Source: a virus (taxonomy: Duplodnaviria > Caudoviricetes). From it: 47,275 nt of DNA. Of this stretch, positions 26,983 through 36,292 are shown one piece after another. The stretch lies in the IMG/VR virus record IMGVR_UViG_3300027711_000003, positions 1 through 47,275 of that record; one strand, given 5' to 3'. The translations under genes were made by a program, and so were the position numbers. The notes beneath the pieces were generated by a model. The model was given only the letters and a program-made list of their open reading frames with translations, was not told the DNA's origin and did no database searches. Every line of letters starts with the position of its first letter. The first letter of the stretch is position 1.

Positions 26983-29496
26983 CTAGTGGGTCTCCGCCCA
27001 ACTCTGGCCAATCATGTACTCACCAGCGAGAGGGATACGAATGCCCAGGTACTCACCAGCACGGGTCATCTGCTCCGCAAGGATATGACCAGCACGATGA
27101 TACCTGCGCTCCACTAGGATCGTACCCGAATATCCGGCATCGTCATCCAGAACTCTCGGCGCTGACCAAACACGCCCTTGGTCGTCCTTGTGTTCTCGCT
27201 TCTCCTCTGCTTTCCAGTCCTCTTTAGGAATCTCGTAAGCATGGTACTCAACTTCATCGGAAGGAACCTCCATCTGTATCTCATCATGTACGTTAGCTAC
27301 AAAGAGAGGCCAGCCGTTGTCATCAAGTGCCACACCCTCATTGATAAGCTCATCCTCAGCGAAGACAAGACCCCACTTCATGCAAAGAGAGCCAGTCATC
27401 TGGAGCAAGACGTTCAGGATGGTATGCACCAGAAGATCACCGGACTTGGCACGGATGCGGCCCCATCGTCCATCGACTGCCAGGACATGCCCGAAGTTCT
27501 TGCCTACCTTCTCAAGTGCAGCGATTAGCTTCGCAAGTGCAGGGAGTCTCTTCTTGAACTCATCGACCCTGCGCTCCATCTCTTTAACAGAGAGCCCAGT
27601 CACAGCAGCAAGGTTCGGAAGACCTGAGCCATACAGGAATGCGTAGATGAAAGTCTTCGCCATGTCCCTGGTAGGCAGGCCAGCCAACTCTTGGTTATAA
27701 GTGTGGATGTCCCCGTTAAGTACAACGTCGATGTAGTCAGGGTCGTTCATGAAGTGCGCGAGCATACGAAGTTCAAGGCCAGAGCCGTCACAACCAAGTA
27801 CCATGTACCCATCGGCTGCGATGAACAGGTCACGAAGAGGAGACAGACCACGGCTCGGAATGTTCACCACGTTCTTGTGACGCATCCTGAAGGTGTTGGT
27901 CCCAATAGGTATAGCAACAGCCGGGACTCTCCACTCATCCTCTTCAGGCCAGGTTCCCATACGGGAATAGAAGTCCTGCGCCTCCATGCGGTACTCATGC
28001 GACCATGCACGAGGGATCAGACCCCGGCACTGGCGACGACCACCTGGCTGCTTTGGCCACTCACCATGCTCCTCGAAGTAAGCAACGTCCTTAGCATTCA
28101 GGATTTGGTTGGCACGGCTGGACAGGATGTACCACCTGGCGATACCTTCCGCCCATTCCGGTACATGACCAGACTCTTTCCACTTTTGGATGCTGGCCTC
28201 GTTGATCTTTCCAGACCAAGGGTACGGGAGTTCGCCGTACTCATCGAGGTGTTCTTGCTCTGTGTCATTGTACTCGACCCCTCTCCATCCTTGTGCGTAA
28301 AGGACTTGCTTGACAGCATCGCGGTTCCCGAGGGGTATCTCTTCGTACACAATAGGAGTGAACGGACCAGCGATTGGTCGTTGATGCGTAGGATAGTCAT
28401 TGATATTACCTCTCGCTTCCTTGATATACTTCTGTGCTGTCTTGCTGTAGTTCCCTCCCTTATTAGTGGGGTTCCACTGCGTAGCTGCGTAGCTGATGTG
28501 CGTGATGTCATCGAAGTCTACAGCTTGTAGACGATCCTGCATCTCGGCTGCATCCTCTTCTGGCAGCCAGGCGTACATCTTCTCGGAGTCCTTCAGCCAC
28601 TTAGCGAAGTCAGCAGGCTTGGCTGCTTTCATCTTCAGACGAGGAGGCATGTGCGGACGGAACGCTTCCTCGGTCGCCTTGATCTCTTCGTGCAGCTCAT
28701 GCCAACGATTGATAGCCTTGGACATATCAAGACGGAAGCCACGGTACTGCTGCCTAGCCATAGCCAGGGCGCACTGAAGTTCCATGCCGTAAGCGGTGGT
28801 GATAGTGTACCCAGTCACCCGGTTCGGACCACGATGCTGGTGGTCTGTCCACTCCTCTCGGATCAGATACCAGAAGAGGTCAGAACCTATCGCAACGTCC
28901 TCGGACACACGGGTAAGCATGTGATCCGTCAGCTTGGACCAATCCTCATTGTCCGGCTTCCATCTGCTGATTCGGATACCATGCGCCTCGATGCTGTGCG
29001 GACCTACGTTACCCTTGCCCAAGGCATACGCCTGTTGCGGCAGCTTACGGTCAGGGTTCAGCAGGGTACTCAGGACATAGGTATCCATCGCCCAGTACGG
29101 GAAGAATGCAGACCACTTGGCATCCTTGCCACGCTTGCGGAGGTTGTTAGGACGCCAGGCATCCGGGAACACAATCTCCAAGGCAAGGGCATCGTACCCT
29201 GTGTAGTTATGGAACACGATAGCTTCCGCTTCCAGCAGGAACTCTACACCGTCGATGAGATACCCGTCTTGTTGTCCCTCTGCCTCAAGCACCTCCCTGT
29301 TCTCAGGGTCACGGTTCTCATAAGGATCAAAGAACAGCCAGGACTCTCCGGTCTTCAGGTCTTGCACGCCGATAACGTGCATACTGGTCGGATCATCCCG
29401 GCGCAGTTGATGAAGCAGACCCACTGCTTCAAGGTCTGCACAAAGGAATCGACCAGTCCCATCAGGACGGCCAGGTTTACGTGGATGGAAAGCCAT
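26983..29496 (-). CDS. DNA polymerase family A with 3'-5' exonuclease
   Basis: ExoI ADLEA, FHNYTGYD, motif A DGSGLELR, motif B RDMAKTFIYAFLYG and motif C NVHDE. Confidence 0.96.
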   Translation of the reverse strand: MAFHPRKPGRPDGTGRFLCADLEAVGLLHQLRRDDPTSMHVIGVQDLKTGESWLFFDPYENRDPENREVLEAEGQQDGYLIDGVEFLLEAEAIVFHNYTGYDALALEIVFPDAWRPNNLRKRGKDAKWSAFFPYWAMDTYVLSTLLNPDRKLPQQAYALGKGNVGPHSIEAHGIRISRWKPDNEDWSKLTDHMLTRVSEDVAIGSDLFWYLIREEWTDHQHRGPNRVTGYTITTAYGMELQCALAMARQQYRGFRLDMSKAINRWHELHEEIKATEEAFRPHMPPRLKMKAAKPADFAKWLKDSEKMYAWLPEEDAAEMQDRLQAVDFDDITHISYAATQWNPTNKGGNYSKTAQKYIKEARGNINDYPTHQRPIAGPFTPIVYEEIPLGNRDAVKQVLYAQGWRGVEYNDTEQEHLDEYGELPYPWSGKINEASIQKWKESGHVPEWAEGIARWYILSSRANQILNAKDVAYFEEHGEWPKQPGGRRQCRGLIPRAWSHEYRMEAQDFYSRMGTWPEEDEWRVPAVAIPIGTNTFRMRHKNVVNIPSRGLSPLRDLFIAADGYMVLGCDGSGLELRMLAHFMNDPDYIDVVLNGDIHTYNQELAGLPTRDMAKTFIYAFLYGSGLPNLAAVTGLSVKEMERRVDEFKKRLPALAKLIAALEKVGKNFGHVLAVDGRWGRIRAKSGDLLVHTILNVLLQMTGSLCMKWGLVFAEDELINEGVALDDNGWPLFVANVHDEIQMEVPSDEVEYHAYEIPKEDWKAEEKREHKDDQGRVWSAPRVLDDDAGYSGTILVERRYHRAGHILAEQMTRAGEYLGIRIPLAGEYMIGQSWAETH

Positions 29497-29514
29497 CTTT
29501 AGCTCCTATTGGTT

Positions 29515-29535
29515 TCTCTTATACTGGCTATAAAT
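29515..29535 (-). promoter_or_regulatory. Phage RNAP promoter variant (DNA polymerase)
   Basis: ATTTATAGCCAGTATAAGAGA, with one core mismatch. Confidence 0.7.
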
Positions 29536-29839
29536 AAGGGGCATTATCCAAGGAGTTCACAACAAACCCTCGGCTGTCATTACCAGTCACTTGGCACTCG
29601 ATCTTACCTACATCAGTAATCAGGCTTTCTTTAAGAAGAGCAGAGATTACCTTAGGTATCACGTTGATGCTCACTCCTGTCTCTTCGCTGATCTGCTTCA
29701 TTGTGACAGGGTACTTCTGATTCAGCAGATACAACAGGAACAAATGCCGGTACTGGTACGGAGCATCACGCTCGATAGCCTGTGTCATCTGTGCTTGATT
29801 GCGGAAGCGGATGCGCCTCCTTCCTGAAGTGAGGGGCAT
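29528..29839 (-). CDS. Winged helix-turn-helix DNA-binding protein
   Basis: LLYLLNQKYPVTMKQISEETGVSINVIPKVISALLKESLI is an HTH pattern, followed by a beta wing. Confidence 0.75.
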   Translation of the reverse strand: MPLTSGRRRIRFRNQAQMTQAIERDAPYQYRHLFLLYLLNQKYPVTMKQISEETGVSINVIPKVISALLKESLITDVGKIECQVTGNDSRGFVVNSLDNAPYL

Positions 29840-29865
29840 TGCACTCTCCTGATATTCCAGTTAGC

Positions 29866-29890
29866 AAAGAAAGCGGAGCCTTAGCTCCGC
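29866..29890 (-). terminator. Terminator-like hairpin upstream of the wHTH gene
   Basis: Minus strand reads GCGGAGC-TAAG-GCTCCGC-TTTCTTT. Confidence 0.6.
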
Positions 29891-30072
29891 CTAATCTCAC
29901 GCTGCGCTTCCACTCGTGACAAGCCATGCTCTCGCTGTAGCTTCTTGGTCATGTTGGCAGCATGATACGCCTGTCGTTCCAGCTCCTCTTGAGCCCACGG
30001 GTCTCCTCGCCTGGCCCGGAGTTCAAGGTCAGACATGGTGACACCAACTCTCGGGTTAGTCAGGATAGTCAT
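29881..30072 (-). CDS. Hypothetical protein
   Basis: 63 aa with GGAG RBS and an ATGA overlap with the upstream ORF. Confidence 0.65.
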   Translation of the reverse strand: MTILTNPRVGVTMSDLELRARRGDPWAQEELERQAYHAANMTKKLQREHGLSRVEAQREIRRS

Positions 30073-30161
30073 AGGCTCTCCATGTACCGTTCAACAAACA
30101 GGCGAGACAACCATTGACGGTTAGCCTGAGCCCAAAGATCAACTGTATCTTCAACGTCCAT
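30069..30161 (-). CDS. Small hypothetical protein (30 aa, not in ORF track)
   Basis: MDVEDTVDLWAQANRQWLSRLFVERYMESL, with GGAGG RBS and stop/start overlaps on both sides. Confidence 0.55.
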   Translation of the reverse strand: MDVEDTVDLWAQANRQWLSRLFVERYMESL

Positions 30162-30235
30162 CACTTACCTCCGAAAAGTTTAGCAACACTGAACGCAATA
30201 AGCCCTGCAACCAGGGCTCCAATAGCAATAGGCAT
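30161..30235 (-). CDS. Small membrane peptide (24 aa, not in ORF track)
   Basis: MPIAIGALVAGLIAFSVAKLFGGK, with AGGAG RBS. Confidence 0.55.
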   Translation of the reverse strand: MPIAIGALVAGLIAFSVAKLFGGK

Positions 30236-30243
30236 ACTATCTC

Positions 30244-32199
30244 CTATCCAAAGTCTTCTGTCCCCTCTTCTCTAAGAGGGGTTGGTTTATCAGGTGTGTC
30301 TACAGGTGTAGACTTCCTACGCTGGCTTGGCTCCATGAGATTACCTGTATCAGAGTCACCAACCAGTACAACCTTGTGACCAGTGTAGATACCTTGGTCT
30401 CGGTCCTTGACTATCTTCAGGTAAGTGGTTGTCTTCTCCTCAAGGGTCTCAGCCTGGGTGTTACGCTGAACTGCAATGGCATAGCTTGCCCAGAACCCGA
30501 TGCTCCTTGAGCCACGGAAGTCAGACAGCAGAACCTCGCCACCCTCCTCATGCGGGACACGACCGATGCCCACGGTCTTCAGGTGCGAGACCAGATGGAT
30601 GGTGATCTCCTTTCCATCCTTGTACAGTCCGAAGGTCTTCAGTGCCTCGTCAATACCCTCGCGCTCGTTACCCTTACCGTCCTTGACCTCGATGCCAGTC
30701 AAGTTATCAATGACTACATGCCGGACACCCATGGTGTACAGCTCTTCAACCTGCTCCATGACTGCCTCGATGCTACGGCTCTCGGTCATGTCTGCAAAGT
30801 ACAGGCGGTTAAGGCCAGCCACGTAATCAATGACATCATCAACGTCATCTTCGGTGTAGTCGAAAGCCTTACGATACCCTGGACTATACTTGTCGTTGTT
30901 AGGTGGCAGCTCGATACGCTTGTCGATCCACTTACCAATGAACGACCGGGCTACCTTGACGTAAGGGTCTTCTGTACTCAGGACGCCCACGCTCTCGCCG
31001 TGCTCCTCGACCAAGTGCTTGACGATGTGCCGGAGTACCTCGGTCTTACCTACACCTGAGCCAGCACCGTACAGGATAAGCTGGTGCGGCCTGATACCCA
31101 GAGTCAAAGGGTCCATACTAGGCCAGGGCCAGCCGAGGCCAGGCTTAGGTGTACCAGCCTTGAGTTCACCTTTCATACTGGCGACACTCTTGACGGTGAT
31201 ACCCTCGAATACCTCCTTGGGATTCCAGACAGCATCAACGAACGCCGAGGCAAGGCCACGCTTCAGTGCATCGTTCGGGTCTTTGGCACCCGTTGGCATC
31301 TGAACCTTCTTCACCTTGTTCGGGAAGATGCGAGCCACCTCGCGGGTCAGCTTACGTCCAGTGTCATCGTCATCGAAGGCAAGCAGGATGTTCTTGAAGG
31401 CACCGACGCTCTTCTTGCGACGACGAATCTGCTCGATGCTGGACTCACCATCAGTTGGGGACCATACATGCCAGTACCTGCCCTCGTACTGCGTACCCTT
31501 CTGGCTCTCGGTCAGCATCTCTTGTGCTGCTACTGCGTCGCACTCACCACCGACGAGGATCAGGGTGTCCATGCGACCACGGCCTGACTCGATGACATAC
31601 GGTAAGGTATGCTCACCGAACAGCTCAGTATCTCCCCACATCCTACCAAGATGCCCGAAGCGGAAGTCCTTCGGGAGGTTGCGGCACTTGGCACCGACCC
31701 ATTCACCGTCCTCGAAGCGAGGGTAGTAGTGCCTGGCTACCTTGCCCTGGTCATCGTGACCAACACGGACATCGTACAACTTGGCGTACTTGCCATGTAT
31801 CTGTCGGTCAATAAGGTGCTTGATCTTCAGGGAGTAGAAGTGCTTACGGTCTAGTTCCCACTCCTCCTCTAGGTCAGCTCGCTCCTCCTCGTTCATCACC
31901 TGATAGCGGTCACGCTCACGCATACCAGACATAGCAAGATGCCTGGTGAACTCATCCTTGATCTTACCATCCAGCTCCAGCTCCCGGAACTGCTCGGGAC
32001 TGTACTTGATCTTGCCGTTGATCTCTGCATCGAAGACAGGATCAGTACCATCAGGTGCTAGGTACAGACGTTCTCCTGACGTATGAAAATGACTGCGATT
32101 GCACAGCTTGCCACCATCCTCGAACACCATGAGGTGGTTCCCGGTCTTGTCATGACCATTCTCTTGGCAAGCAGGGCAAGGCTCGTTGCGTATAATCAA
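30244..32199 (-). CDS. DNA primase-helicase
   Basis: N-terminal CPAC zinc ribbon, TOPRIM (GGECDA, FDDD, KDPND), Walker A GSGVGKT, IDNL, VSHL and FRGSRSI. TTG start. Confidence 0.95.
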   Translation of the reverse strand: MIIRNEPCPACQENGHDKTGNHLMVFEDGGKLCNRSHFHTSGERLYLAPDGTDPVFDAEINGKIKYSPEQFRELELDGKIKDEFTRHLAMSGMRERDRYQVMNEEERADLEEEWELDRKHFYSLKIKHLIDRQIHGKYAKLYDVRVGHDDQGKVARHYYPRFEDGEWVGAKCRNLPKDFRFGHLGRMWGDTELFGEHTLPYVIESGRGRMDTLILVGGECDAVAAQEMLTESQKGTQYEGRYWHVWSPTDGESSIEQIRRRKKSVGAFKNILLAFDDDDTGRKLTREVARIFPNKVKKVQMPTGAKDPNDALKRGLASAFVDAVWNPKEVFEGITVKSVASMKGELKAGTPKPGLGWPWPSMDPLTLGIRPHQLILYGAGSGVGKTEVLRHIVKHLVEEHGESVGVLSTEDPYVKVARSFIGKWIDKRIELPPNNDKYSPGYRKAFDYTEDDVDDVIDYVAGLNRLYFADMTESRSIEAVMEQVEELYTMGVRHVVIDNLTGIEVKDGKGNEREGIDEALKTFGLYKDGKEITIHLVSHLKTVGIGRVPHEEGGEVLLSDFRGSRSIGFWASYAIAVQRNTQAETLEEKTTTYLKIVKDRDQGIYTGHKVVLVGDSDTGNLMEPSQRRKSTPVDTPDKPTPLREEGTEDFG

Positions 32200-32330
32200 A
32201 GCTCACCTCCGTAACGCTTGACTTCTCGCCTTTGCTTGCGGAGTTTCTTTGCCTGCTTATCAGCCTTGCCAGTACCAAGGTCGGAACGCTTAGGCTTAGT
32301 GCGTACAATCTTCTCGAATGAAGCGTGCAT
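32196..32330 (-). CDS. Small basic protein (T7 gp1.1-like position; not in ORF track)
   Basis: MHASFEKIVRTKPKRSDLGTGKADKQAKKLRKQRREVKRYGGEL, with AAGGAG RBS and a TTGA overlap with the primase start. Confidence 0.7.
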   Translation of the reverse strand: MHASFEKIVRTKPKRSDLGTGKADKQAKKLRKQRREVKRYGGEL

Positions 32331-32361
32331 CAAACTCTCCTTACGATGCGTTGGTTTGTCT

Positions 32362-32382
32362 TCTCTTATAGTGACCTGGAAT
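32362..32382 (-). promoter_or_regulatory. Phage RNAP promoter
   Basis: ATTCCAGGTCACTATAAGAGA. Confidence 0.8.
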
Positions 32383-32544
32383 ACCAGAGACTGTCTTGTC
32401 TACAGTTGTAGACTGGCTATCTGGAATATGTAGTCCAAGCCCTGGGTGTCCTAGTAGTCCTAGTATTCCTAGTATACCTAGCTTCCTTTACTTTCTTTAT
32501 CTACTTTACATTGCAGCGTCATGGTTGTCCTGGGACGTTACGTG

Positions 32545-32565
32545 TCTCTTATAGTGGAGACTAAT
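32545..32565 (-). promoter_or_regulatory. Phage RNAP promoter
   Basis: ATTAGTCTCCACTATAAGAGA. Confidence 0.85.
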
Positions 32566-32725
32566 ACCAGATGCAGGATGTCTACAGTTGTAGACTGGTC
32601 AGATTTTAATCAATTGGTTAAGAAATAACCAGTCTAGGTGGGAGTCTACAGTTGTAGACCTGGGACTGGCTGCTCGGCAGAGCCGAGAGGGAGGGAGTAT
32701 AGAAGAAAATAGTATAAGCCAGACG

Positions 32726-32760
32726 CAGAAAGGCCCCGCCCGGAATAACCGGACAGGGCT
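32726..32760 (-). terminator. Early terminator after RNAP
   Basis: Minus strand reads AGCCCTGTCCGG-TTATT-CCGGGCGGGGCC-TTTCT. Confidence 0.75.
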
Positions 32761-32783
32761 TGACTACTGCATCGAGATGTGTA

Positions 32784-35405
32784 TTAGGCGAAAGCGTACT
32801 CAGCTTCGAGGATTTCCAGCAAGTCAAGAGTACCAATGAACGGTACTTCTGCCTCGACCTCCTCTTTCATCAGCTCTTCTGCATCTTCCTTAAAGAAGGA
32901 GAGCCAATCATGCATGTAAAGCTCGACCATCTGACTACGCAGAACGTCCCGAAGAGCCTCGGTCTTACCTGCATGAGTCCCGAACGAGTCATGAATCACT
33001 GCAATGCTATCTAATCCTGCATCTTTGAAGCCCATCACCGAGAGAATCAGGTGACTTGCATCCATACTGTGCACATAATTAGGTGCAGCAGATAGCTTCA
33101 TCTTGTTAACGTCGATGTCATCAGTCTCAGACAGCACGTTGAACCTGGCTGAACCAAGCAAGTGCGTGTTGACTCGCTTCGCCTCGGTCTTGTAGATAGC
33201 CTGCTCGACTATGAATCCAGTCGGAGTCTGCCATACCAGGGGCTGGTTGGTCTTGGCTACCTGGCTGGCCACCTGCTGGATGAAGGTCATAGCCTCACGA
33301 GCAGCCACTACCACCTCACCAATGGAGTCCCAGATCAGCTTGGTTGCCACTGCGATAGCCTCCTGCATCGGAAGCGCCTCGGTCCCGAAGGGATGCACCC
33401 TGTTCTCAGCACGGCCAGCAGCCCTGGCACGAGCAGCCTCGTCAGCTTCCAGCCCTGCCAGGTGATCCTGAACCGAGTCACGGCAGGTCAGCATGGTACT
33501 ACCGTACGGCAGGGTCATCACCGGCTTCTTGCACAGGCTCCTGTCTACACCTGTAGACTTCCAGCCCTCGCACAGCCTGCGGACCTGGGCATCGGGAATC
33601 TCTTCGCCCTTGCTGCGGACCTCGATCTTGGCACGGCCAGCCAGGATGTCTTGCATCTTCTGGTTCACCACCTCAGCCACCTTGCCGTAGATGTCCTGGG
33701 GCTCGTCCAGCTTGGTCAGGTTCACCGCCTCACCACCACGACGGTCGCGCAGCATGGCGGAGTAGTGCTGGATGCCTGAGCAAGAGCCATCCTGGGCCAC
33801 CGGAATCTGGCTCGGGAACTCAGCCGGGTCACGGCCCTCGTCCTCCCACTCCAGAAGGCGGTTCCACTCCATCGCCCATGCCAGGAACTGCCACGGCTCG
33901 TCAGCGTTCGCCCACTCACGGAAGGTCAGCGGGTCGGTTGCGATGTCACGGATGCATTCTTCCATGCCTTCGATGAACTTAACCCGGTCATCCAGGCGGG
34001 CCTTGTCCTCGCCCCACGTGTTGGCACCTTGGACAGCCAGCCAGTACCGGCCACGCTCGCCCAGCTTCTCGGCTTTATGGAAGCGAACGAGTGCCTTCTG
34101 TAGGTCGCCAGACTGCGGTCCGAACTGCGATGCCCGGCAGTACACACGGCTGCGGGAGTCCAGGGTGTACACGAAGTAGATGGCAGGGTAGCGGCTGAAC
34201 TTCTTGGCAGACTGGATGGCACGAGCGGCAGCCATGAACTTAGAAGCCCTGGTGTTCTCGCGCTCGTACACTACCTTGGCCTCGTGCTTCCACTGCATGA
34301 ACTCCTGCCACTCGTCCTCAGTCATGGCAGCCTTCAGCTCAGGGCCGCGCAGGTCGCGCAGCTCTTCACGGACCGGAGACTCCTCGGGACGCAGCGGCTC
34401 GGCTTGCGGGATACCGATGGCCAGGTCACGACGCATGACTTCCTCGGCAGTGTCAAGGATGTCGGTGTTAATCTCCCATGCCACCTCTTGCAGGGTGTTG
34501 ACCGCCTCGTAAACAACAGGCATCTGCTCGTAGGTCAGGGCGTCGAGGTGCTTGCGGCGGTTGACCTTGACCAGCGGAAGGGTCCGTGCCACCTCGGGCA
34601 TGTAATACCCGCCATCCTTCGGGCCTGTCCAGGGACGGGGCGGAACCACACAAGGGGTGTAGTCCGGGCTCATCATGCTCAGGAACTCATCGAACTCGGT
34701 GATCCAGGCGGATACCTTACCGCTAATCTCCAGTCGATACATCTCCCGCTGACTCGGACGACCGACACGGAAGACAGGCTCACCACGGAAGACAACAGCC
34801 TTGGTCAGAATCTCGATGAGAGACAGGCCGATGTGCAGGTGGTCATCCTTTGCCCAGTTTGCCCAGCGGTCGATGTCCACTGCATACGGTCCGGTCTTGT
34901 CCTCGACCAGCTTGCGCTCGGCAGCAGCCATGACCTCACGCTGGTGACGGTACGACTTAGAGCGAACTCGCTTCAGGGTTTCTTTTACCTTGGCGATGTA
35001 GCCTGGTGCTACCTCCTCCACCTTGGTGAATCGTGCCTGGTCCTCCACCCGTTGACCGAGCTGGATGGCCAGCATTTGCAGGCTCGGCTTGGTACTCAGG
35101 TGGTTCAGTGCAGTCTTCAGGGTCAGGAATGCCAGGGTCTCGGTCGGCACGCACTCCAGGAAAGGCACAGCCTTCGCCGGACGACCGCGACCACGGCTAC
35201 GAGTGTGGTCGATGTAAGCCTGGATGCCCTCGGACAAGGGCTGCACGAACTCCTTTGTCAACTTCAGCGCAGGCGCAGTAGTGGCCTCGTCGCCTGACTC
35301 GATGGCCCGCTGCTTGGCCTTCTCGTACCGGCTAACACCACCATCGAACATGGCTTGCTCAAGGCGTTGCTGCTCAGCTTGAAGTAGTTCATTGGTCCAG
35401 CGCAT
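32784..35405 (-). CDS. Single-subunit DNA-directed RNA polymerase
   Basis: DSRSRVY, QDGSCSGIQH, KKPVMTLPYG, PNYVHSMDASHL and IHDSFGTH motifs. ATG (MRWTNE) after GGAG. Confidence 0.97.
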   Translation of the reverse strand: MRWTNELLQAEQQRLEQAMFDGGVSRYEKAKQRAIESGDEATTAPALKLTKEFVQPLSEGIQAYIDHTRSRGRGRPAKAVPFLECVPTETLAFLTLKTALNHLSTKPSLQMLAIQLGQRVEDQARFTKVEEVAPGYIAKVKETLKRVRSKSYRHQREVMAAAERKLVEDKTGPYAVDIDRWANWAKDDHLHIGLSLIEILTKAVVFRGEPVFRVGRPSQREMYRLEISGKVSAWITEFDEFLSMMSPDYTPCVVPPRPWTGPKDGGYYMPEVARTLPLVKVNRRKHLDALTYEQMPVVYEAVNTLQEVAWEINTDILDTAEEVMRRDLAIGIPQAEPLRPEESPVREELRDLRGPELKAAMTEDEWQEFMQWKHEAKVVYERENTRASKFMAAARAIQSAKKFSRYPAIYFVYTLDSRSRVYCRASQFGPQSGDLQKALVRFHKAEKLGERGRYWLAVQGANTWGEDKARLDDRVKFIEGMEECIRDIATDPLTFREWANADEPWQFLAWAMEWNRLLEWEDEGRDPAEFPSQIPVAQDGSCSGIQHYSAMLRDRRGGEAVNLTKLDEPQDIYGKVAEVVNQKMQDILAGRAKIEVRSKGEEIPDAQVRRLCEGWKSTGVDRSLCKKPVMTLPYGSTMLTCRDSVQDHLAGLEADEAARARAAGRAENRVHPFGTEALPMQEAIAVATKLIWDSIGEVVVAAREAMTFIQQVASQVAKTNQPLVWQTPTGFIVEQAIYKTEAKRVNTHLLGSARFNVLSETDDIDVNKMKLSAAPNYVHSMDASHLILSVMGFKDAGLDSIAVIHDSFGTHAGKTEALRDVLRSQMVELYMHDWLSFFKEDAEELMKEEVEAEVPFIGTLDLLEILEAEYAFA

Positions 35406-35506
35406 TATTGATCTCCATTCTCGTCGATTTCTTTGCATCCTGCGAGGAGTGCAGATACCACTAAAGAACCCAGTACCGTGATTCCAACAGCTATTAAGAT
35501 AATCAT
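35405..35506 (-). CDS. Small membrane peptide with lipobox-like LAGC (33 aa; not in ORF track)
   Basis: MIILIAVGITVLGSLVVSALLAGCKEIDENGDQ, with GAGGAG RBS and a TAATG overlap with the RNAP start. Confidence 0.6.
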   Translation of the reverse strand: MIILIAVGITVLGSLVVSALLAGCKEIDENGDQ

Positions 35507-35529
35507 GCTTGTCTCCTCATCATGCCAGC

Positions 35530-35700
35530 TCATGCTCCAATCTTGGCTTGGGAAATACGGCTGCATATCAGCAGCTCGTCCTTGTCTTGCGGAGTTAGAC
35601 TACCACCGTATCCATGTCGAAGCAAGAGCCGAGTCGCCTCGGCCTTGCCATTCCTCTTGTTCAGTGCCTTCAGGAAATGGTCTACCTTATCAGTCCTCAT
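35530..35700 (-). CDS. Hypothetical early protein
   Basis: MRTDKVDH..., with GGGAG RBS. Confidence 0.6.
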   Translation of the reverse strand: MRTDKVDHFLKALNKRNGKAEATRLLLRHGYGGSLTPQDKDELLICSRISQAKIGA

Positions 35701-35701
35701 G

Positions 35702-35866
35702 TTAACAACTCCCATCGCATGGTGCCCAACCGCATTCCTTACACTCTACAGGAGAGTAAGCACAAACTTCTAATGAATCTCCATCTCTATCAACAGGCTC
35801 ACCGCACTCATTACAAAGACTAACTTCATCTAGTGGGCTGCCAATAGGGTCACAGCAACTCATCAT
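35702..35866 (-). CDS. Cys-rich small protein (54 aa, 9 Cys; not in ORF track)
   Basis: MMSCCDPIGSPLDEVSLCNECGEPVDRDGDSLEVCAYSPVECKECGWAPCDGSC, with GAGGTG RBS. Confidence 0.7.
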   Translation of the reverse strand: MMSCCDPIGSPLDEVSLCNECGEPVDRDGDSLEVCAYSPVECKECGWAPCDGSC

Positions 35867-36024
35867 GCACCTCTCATCATTGCCAGTTGTTTGCGCTGTT
35901 CTTTGTAAGCAGCGATTGAAAGATTAATCAGTTCGTTGGCTTCATCCATGTCTACACCTGTAGACTCCCACTTCTTGATCAGCTCCACTAGTCTTGCTTC
36001 TTGGCTGCTGCTAATACTAATCAT
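35863..36024 (-). CDS. Hypothetical early protein (53 aa; not in ORF track)
   Basis: MISISSSQEARLVELIKKWESTGVDMDEANEL..., with ATGA overlaps at both ends. Confidence 0.6.
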   Translation of the reverse strand: MISISSSQEARLVELIKKWESTGVDMDEANELINLSIAAYKEQRKQLAMMRGA

Positions 36025-36284
36025 GGCTCGTACCTCATGCTGTCTTTGTACTCTTCCAGTATCCTGACCTCATCATCCTCGGTCAGCTTGCGTTCCAGCC
36101 ACCTGGCTGGGTAGCCCTTACGGTCAAGCAGGTTGAACTCGAACTCCTCAGGCTCAGGCGGATCAGCGTCACCGAATCCAGTGCCAGTGATACGCATCGG
36201 CAGGGGCTCAGAGTAGAAAGTCACATCCACCTGGCAGGGAATGCCTGCCACTCTGGTATCAAAATCACCAATGTACCTAGCCAT
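36021..36284 (-). CDS. Hypothetical early protein
   Basis: 87 aa with GAGGTG RBS. Confidence 0.75.
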   Translation of the reverse strand: MARYIGDFDTRVAGIPCQVDVTFYSEPLPMRITGTGFGDADPPEPEEFEFNLLDRKGYPARWLERKLTEDDEVRILEEYKDSMRYEP

Positions 36285-36292
36285 TCTTCACC

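Larger units (their letters stand above)
32362..32720. other. Probable primary replication origin / control region
   Basis: Two tandem phage promoters after RNAP, as with T7 phi1.1A/B. Also 9-bp CCTAGTA(G/T) repeats, an AT-rich tract, three palindromes and an IHF consensus at 32608-32620. Confidence 0.55.
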
